The notes beneath the pieces are model-generated. The model ran no database searches. It worked only from the letters and a program-made list of their open reading frames with translations, and was not told the DNA's origin. A stretch of DNA of 32,000 bases from contig NZ_LN831039.1 in the NCBI RefSeq assembly GCF_001457595.1, positions 6,510,001 to 6,542,000 of the forward strand. The letters are read 5' to 3'. The stretch is from Mycolicibacterium smegmatis (GTDB taxonomy: Bacteria > Actinomycetota > Actinomycetes > Mycobacteriales > Mycobacteriaceae). How positions within the stretch are numbered: the stretch's first letter is position 1; the number at the start of each line of letters is the position of its first letter. Both the position numbers and the translations under genes were made by a program. Positions 25,208 to 32,000 of the stretch are shown here, piece by piece.

Positions 25208-26062
25208 GTGCGATTCGCTTTCAAGACATCACCGCAGAACACGACATGGGCCGACATGCTGGCCATCTGGAAGGCGGCCGACAACATCGACGTCTTCGAG
25301 TCGGGCTGGACGTTCGACCACTTCTACCCGATCTTCTCCGACTCCGCGGGCCCGTGCCTGGAGGGCTGGACGACGCTGACGGCGCTCGCGCAGGCCACCG
25401 AGCGGCTGCGCGTGGGCGTGCTGGTCACCGGCATCCACTACCGCCACCCGGCGGTGCTGGCCAACATGGCCGCGGCGCTCGACATCATCTCCAACGGGCG
25501 CCTCGAGCTCGGTATCGGCGCGGGCTGGAACGAAGAGGAATCCGGCGCCTACGGCATCGAACTCGGCTCGATCAAGGAGCGGTTCGACCGGTTCGAGGAG
25601 GCCTGTGAGGTGCTCAAGGGCCTGTTGACGCAGGAGACGACGACGTTCGACGGCAAGTTCTACCAGCTCAAGGACGCGCGTAACGAGCCCAAGGGGCCGC
25701 AGCAGCCGCACCCGCCGTTCTGCATCGGCGGCAGCGGCGAGAAGCGGACCCTGCGCATCACCGCGAAGTACGCCGACCACTGGAACTTCGTCGGCGGCAC
25801 CCCCGAGGAGTTCGCGCGCAAGCGCGACGTGCTCGCGGCGCACTGTGCCGATCTGGGGCGCGACCCCAAGGAGATCACCCTGTCGGCGCACGTGCGTCTC
25901 GGCGAGGACCGCGACTACGCCAAGGTGATCGACGAGGCAGCCGCGCTGGGTGCCGAAGGTCTGGACCTCGCAATCATCTACCTGCCGCCGCCCTACGATC
26001 CGGCCGTGCTCGAGCCGCTCGCCCAGGCGATCAGGGATTCGGGTCAGCTGACGGCTGCCTGA
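25208..26062 (+). CDS. LLM-class F420-dependent oxidoreductase
   Basis: MRFAFKTSPQNTTWADMLAIWKAADNIDVFESGWTFDHFYPI...ERLRVGVLVTGIHYRHPAVLANMAAALDIISNGRLELGIGAGWNEEE. GTG start chosen at 25208. Confidence 0.9.
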   Translation: MRFAFKTSPQNTTWADMLAIWKAADNIDVFESGWTFDHFYPIFSDSAGPCLEGWTTLTALAQATERLRVGVLVTGIHYRHPAVLANMAAALDIISNGRLELGIGAGWNEEESGAYGIELGSIKERFDRFEEACEVLKGLLTQETTTFDGKFYQLKDARNEPKGPQQPHPPFCIGGSGEKRTLRITAKYADHWNFVGGTPEEFARKRDVLAAHCADLGRDPKEITLSAHVRLGEDRDYAKVIDEAAALGAEGLDLAIIYLPPPYDPAVLEPLAQAIRDSGQLTAA

Positions 26063-26071
26063 TCTGTCGCG

Positions 26072-26755
26072 TCAGCACTCCCACACCGCGCAGACCGGTC
26101 CCGTGATCGCGGCGAGTACGGCGTCGTCGGCCGGTGCGCCCCACGGCACGTCGGGCGTACCGGCCGCGAAGACCGCCACTTCGGAGACGCTTCCGCCCGC
26201 CGCGGTCAGATAGAGGTGCGCGGTCACCCTGTCGGGTGCGTGCACGGTCGCGGCGGTCTGTGTGCAGCGCTGCGGCGCACAGGGCACGGGCGGCGTCGTG
26301 ACGTCGACGACGGTGCCGGGGACCTGCGCCGGGCATTTGGCCAGCGCGTCCACGACCGAGCTGAACAGGGCGCCGGCCCGCTCTGAGGACGACGCGACCT
26401 GGCCCGGGAAGTGCACGATCTGCTGCTGCAGCGACCATCTGCCGGGGCCTCGGTCGACGCGGGCGCGCGCCTGATCCGAACTGAACTGCCGCTTCGGCGA
26501 GGCGTTGAAGCCGCAGATCTCCTCAGCGAAGAACGGTCGCCCGTCGAGGGGTTCGGCGACCGACGCGAGATCGGGCCAGTGCTGGGTGTCGTCCATCGGC
26601 AGGGAGCGGGCCGGTGCCCAGGCGTTCGGCGGTATGGGATCAGGCGGCGCGGCCACCGCGCCGCCTGACGTACCGACGCCCACAGCGGCCGGCCCGACGA
26701 GCGCGAGCAAAGCAAAAATTGACGAACGGGCGCTACCGGCCCGCCGACGGGTCAT
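26072..26755 (-). CDS. Secreted mycobacterial protein of unknown function
   Basis: MTRRRAGSARSSIFALLALVGPAAVGVGTSGGAVAAPPDPIPP (signal peptide) with conserved-looking Cys residues (EEICGF, AKCPA, VPCAPQRC, GPVCAVWEC). Confidence 0.65.
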   Translation of the reverse strand: MTRRRAGSARSSIFALLALVGPAAVGVGTSGGAVAAPPDPIPPNAWAPARSLPMDDTQHWPDLASVAEPLDGRPFFAEEICGFNASPKRQFSSDQARARVDRGPGRWSLQQQIVHFPGQVASSSERAGALFSSVVDALAKCPAQVPGTVVDVTTPPVPCAPQRCTQTAATVHAPDRVTAHLYLTAAGGSVSEVAVFAAGTPDVPWGAPADDAVLAAITGPVCAVWEC

Positions 26756-26765
26756 CCGCGGCGGA

Positions 26766-26906
26766 TCACACGCCGTAGCGGAGTAGCTCGTCCGGCCGTA
26801 CCAGACGTTCGTTCTTGGCCGGGAACTCACGGCTCTTGACGGGGTGGCGGAGCAACGACCAGGCAATTCGCCCCATCCGAGACTTGCTCAGCGGATTGAG
26901 ATACAC
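26766..26906 (-). CDS. Untracked small ORF (46 aa), basic protein
   Basis: GTG at 26906 preceded by AGGAGA with 7-nt spacing. Translation: MYLNPLSKSRMGRIAWSLLRHPVKSREFPAKNERLVRPDELLRYGV*. Below the ORF-track size cut-off. Confidence 0.55.
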   Translation of the reverse strand: MYLNPLSKSRMGRIAWSLLRHPVKSREFPAKNERLVRPDELLRYGV

Positions 26907-27148
26907 GGTGCTGTCTCCTGTGACGTCGTGATAGCTGTACCCGTAACTCCACGGTACCGCAGAGCTCTCACCAAGTCATTAGATACCTCACATCCGGCAA
27001 ACAGTGCGCGCCACGCCGGGAAAAAGTCTGCTGTTTTTTATGAGGCCGGTGTTGCAGAAGTGACTTCTCTCGCCTCCGCTGCGGCAGGGTTTGCCACCGC
27101 GCACCGGCAGCCCGTACGACCTAGAGTCGTCACCGTTAAGGAGGTCGC

Positions 27149-27679
27149 ATGAGTCCAGGGAGTGCTGTCTCGCACATGGTCCGACTGCTCGTGTTCACGG
27201 GTGTTTCGATGCTGGCGCTGCTCGCCGGGACGGGCGCCGCGGCGGCCGAACCCCAGGTCTCCACGGATCTGTCCGTCACCGGGGATGTCGGCGCACCTTT
27301 GACGATGACGCGTGAGGCCCTGCGGGCCCTGCCGAACCGCACACTGGACGCGACGTTCACCACGCACGACGGCCCGCAGCACCACACCTACACCGGGGCG
27401 CTGCTCAGCGACGCGATCACGGCCGCGCACCCGGCGGGCGGCCCCAACGCCGAACATCCGCTGCTCACCGTCGCGGTGGTGGCCACGGGCGCCGACGGCT
27501 ACGCCGCGACGCTGGCGTGGGGCGACATCGACCCGTCCGTGACGCCTACGCCCGCTCTGGTGGCGTGGGCGCAGGACGGCACCGACCTCGACGCACCACG
27601 ACTCGTGCTGCCGGGCGACCTCAACGGTTCCCGCTATGTGAGCGAGCTTCGCGAGCTGCGGGTCGCGCAGCTCGCGTGA
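27149..27679 (+). CDS. Secreted Oxidored_molyb-fold-like protein
   Basis: Signal peptide MVRLLVFTGVSMLALLAGTGAAAAEP then LSVTGDVGAPLTMTREALRALPNRTLDATFTTHDGPQHHTYTGALLSDAI...; SD AAGGAGG. Confidence 0.65.
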   Translation: MSPGSAVSHMVRLLVFTGVSMLALLAGTGAAAAEPQVSTDLSVTGDVGAPLTMTREALRALPNRTLDATFTTHDGPQHHTYTGALLSDAITAAHPAGGPNAEHPLLTVAVVATGADGYAATLAWGDIDPSVTPTPALVAWAQDGTDLDAPRLVLPGDLNGSRYVSELRELRVAQLA

Positions 27680-27682
27680 GAC

Positions 27683-29141
27683 TCAGCGCTGCGGCGCGGC
27701 GGTGGGCTTGATCGGCGCGGGCAGCGCCGAGCGACCCATCAGGTAACGATCCACACCCGCGGCGGCGGCCCGGCCCTCGGCGATCGCCCACACGATCAGC
27801 GACTGGCCACGGCCCATGTCGCCTGCCACGAACACCCCGGGCACCGAGGTCTGGAAGTTGTCGTCGCGCTTGACGTTTCCGCGGTCGGTCAGCTCGACGC
27901 CGAGCTTGTCGAGCAGGCCTTCCTTCTCGGGGCCGACGAAGCCCATCGCGAGCAGCACCAGGTCGGCCTTGAGCTCGAAGTCGGTCCCTTCGACCTTCTC
28001 GAACTTGCCGGCGTTCATCTTCACCTCGTGCGCGCGCAGCGCGGTGACGTGGCCGTTCTCGCCGATGAACTCCTCGGTGTTGACCGAGAACACGCGCTCG
28101 CCGCCCTCTTCGTGTGCCGAGGACACCCGGAACATCAGCGGGTAGGTCGGCCACGGGGTCGAGTCGGCGCGGGTCTCCGGCGGGCGCGGCATGATCTCGA
28201 ACTGGTGAATGCTCGCCGCACCCTGGCGATGCGACGTGCCCAGGCAGTCGGCGCCGGTGTCGCCGCCGCCGATGATGATGACGTGCTTGTCCTTGGCGGT
28301 GATGGGCGGCTGACCGTTCTCGTCGGTCACCGGATCGCCGAGCTGCACGCGGTTGGCCCACGGCAGGAACTCCATGGCCTGGTGGATGCCGTCGAGTTCG
28401 CGGCCCGGGATCGGCAGGTCACGCCATGCGGTGGCACCACCCGCGAGCACCACGGCGTCGTAGTTCAGCCGCAGCTGGGCCACGGTGATGTCGACGCCGA
28501 CGTTGACGTTCGGACGGAACTGCGTGCCCTCGGCCGCCATCTGCTCCAGACGACGGTCGATGTGGCGCTTCTCCATCTTGAACTCTGGGATGCCGTAGCG
28601 CAGCAGGCCGCCGATGCGGTCGGCACGCTCGAACACCGTCACGGTGTGGCCGGCACGCGTGAGCTGTTGCGCGGCAGCCAGTCCGGCCGGTCCTGAGCCG
28701 ACGACCGCGACCTTCTTGCCGGTCTGGACGTCGGGCATCTTCGGCACCACCCAGCCCTGGTCGAAGGCGTGGTCGATGATCTCGACCTCGACCTGCTTGA
28801 TGGTCACCGGGTCCTGGTTGATGCCCAGCACGCACGCGGCCTCACACGGGGCCGGGCACAACCGCCCGGTGAACTCCGGGAAGTTGTTGGTGGCGTGCAG
28901 GCGCTCGATGGCGTCGCGCCACCGGTCCCGGTACACCAGGTCGTTCCACTCCGGGATGAGGTTCCCCAGCGGGCATCCGTTGTGGCAGAACGGGATACCG
29001 CAGTCCATGCACCGTGAGGCCTGGGTCTGCAGCGGAGCGTGGTCGAAGTCCTCGTAGACCTCTTTCCAGTCCTTCAGACGCAGGTCCACGGGCCTGCGCT
29101 TGGGGAGTTCGCGCGTGGTGTGCTTGAGGAAACCGCGGGGA

Positions 29142-29149
<8 letters not shown>
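27683..29149 (-). CDS. gltD: Glutamate synthase small subunit (NADPH)
   Basis: [35 protein letters not shown]...[28 protein letters not shown]...[17 protein letters not shown]. Start trimmed from 29230. Confidence 0.96.

Positions 29150-32000
<2,851 letters not shown>

Noticed and set aside
17935-27679. Prophage or integrative element
   Set aside because: No integrase, transposase, tRNA, phage structural gene or terminal repeat was seen in the segment.

Overview
The window is about 32 kb of high-GC actinobacterial chromosome. It is most probably a fast-growing Mycobacterium/Mycolicibacterium (M. smegmatis-like); this is inferred from gene content and order, and no database was searched. The backbone follows the M. 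tuberculosis Rv3841-Rv3859c order: bfrB, glpQ1, DUF4328-like membrane protein, rhodanese, sodA, Rv3847-like, espR, Rv3850-like, membrane protein plus copC/copD, Rv3852 (hns)-like, rraA, ethA/ethR, dinB, YiaA/B-like, HhH-PHP protein, gltD, gltB. Two segments interrupt it. (A) 6242-9039, between espR and the Rv3850-like gene, holds a translationally coupled pair: an ImmA/IrrE-type HELGH metallopeptidase and a multi-TM MAB_1171c-like membrane protein, plus a Pro/Thr-rich secreted protein. (B) 17935-27679, between the PHP gene and gltD, holds an ESX-1 associated cassette (EspA/EspE-like, EspC-like with a YxxxD signal, EspD/EspH-like, membrane-anchored beta-propeller-like protein), a degraded DCC-like thiol oxidoreductase remnant, an ArsR-SulP pair, an aldehyde dehydrogenase, an F420-type LLM oxidoreductase, small secreted proteins and an untracked 46-aa ORF. 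The two best candidates for undescribed biology are (1) EspR as the possible XRE-type member of an XRE / IrrE-protease / 7TM module and (2) the unlinked espACD/espEFH-like cassette. Regulatory signals visible in the sequence: a 20-bp-phased triple EthR operator, a LexA-like palindrome on the dinB start, a DnaA-box cluster at about 3.0 kb, a CRP-like site at 3318, and strong bidirectional hairpins.
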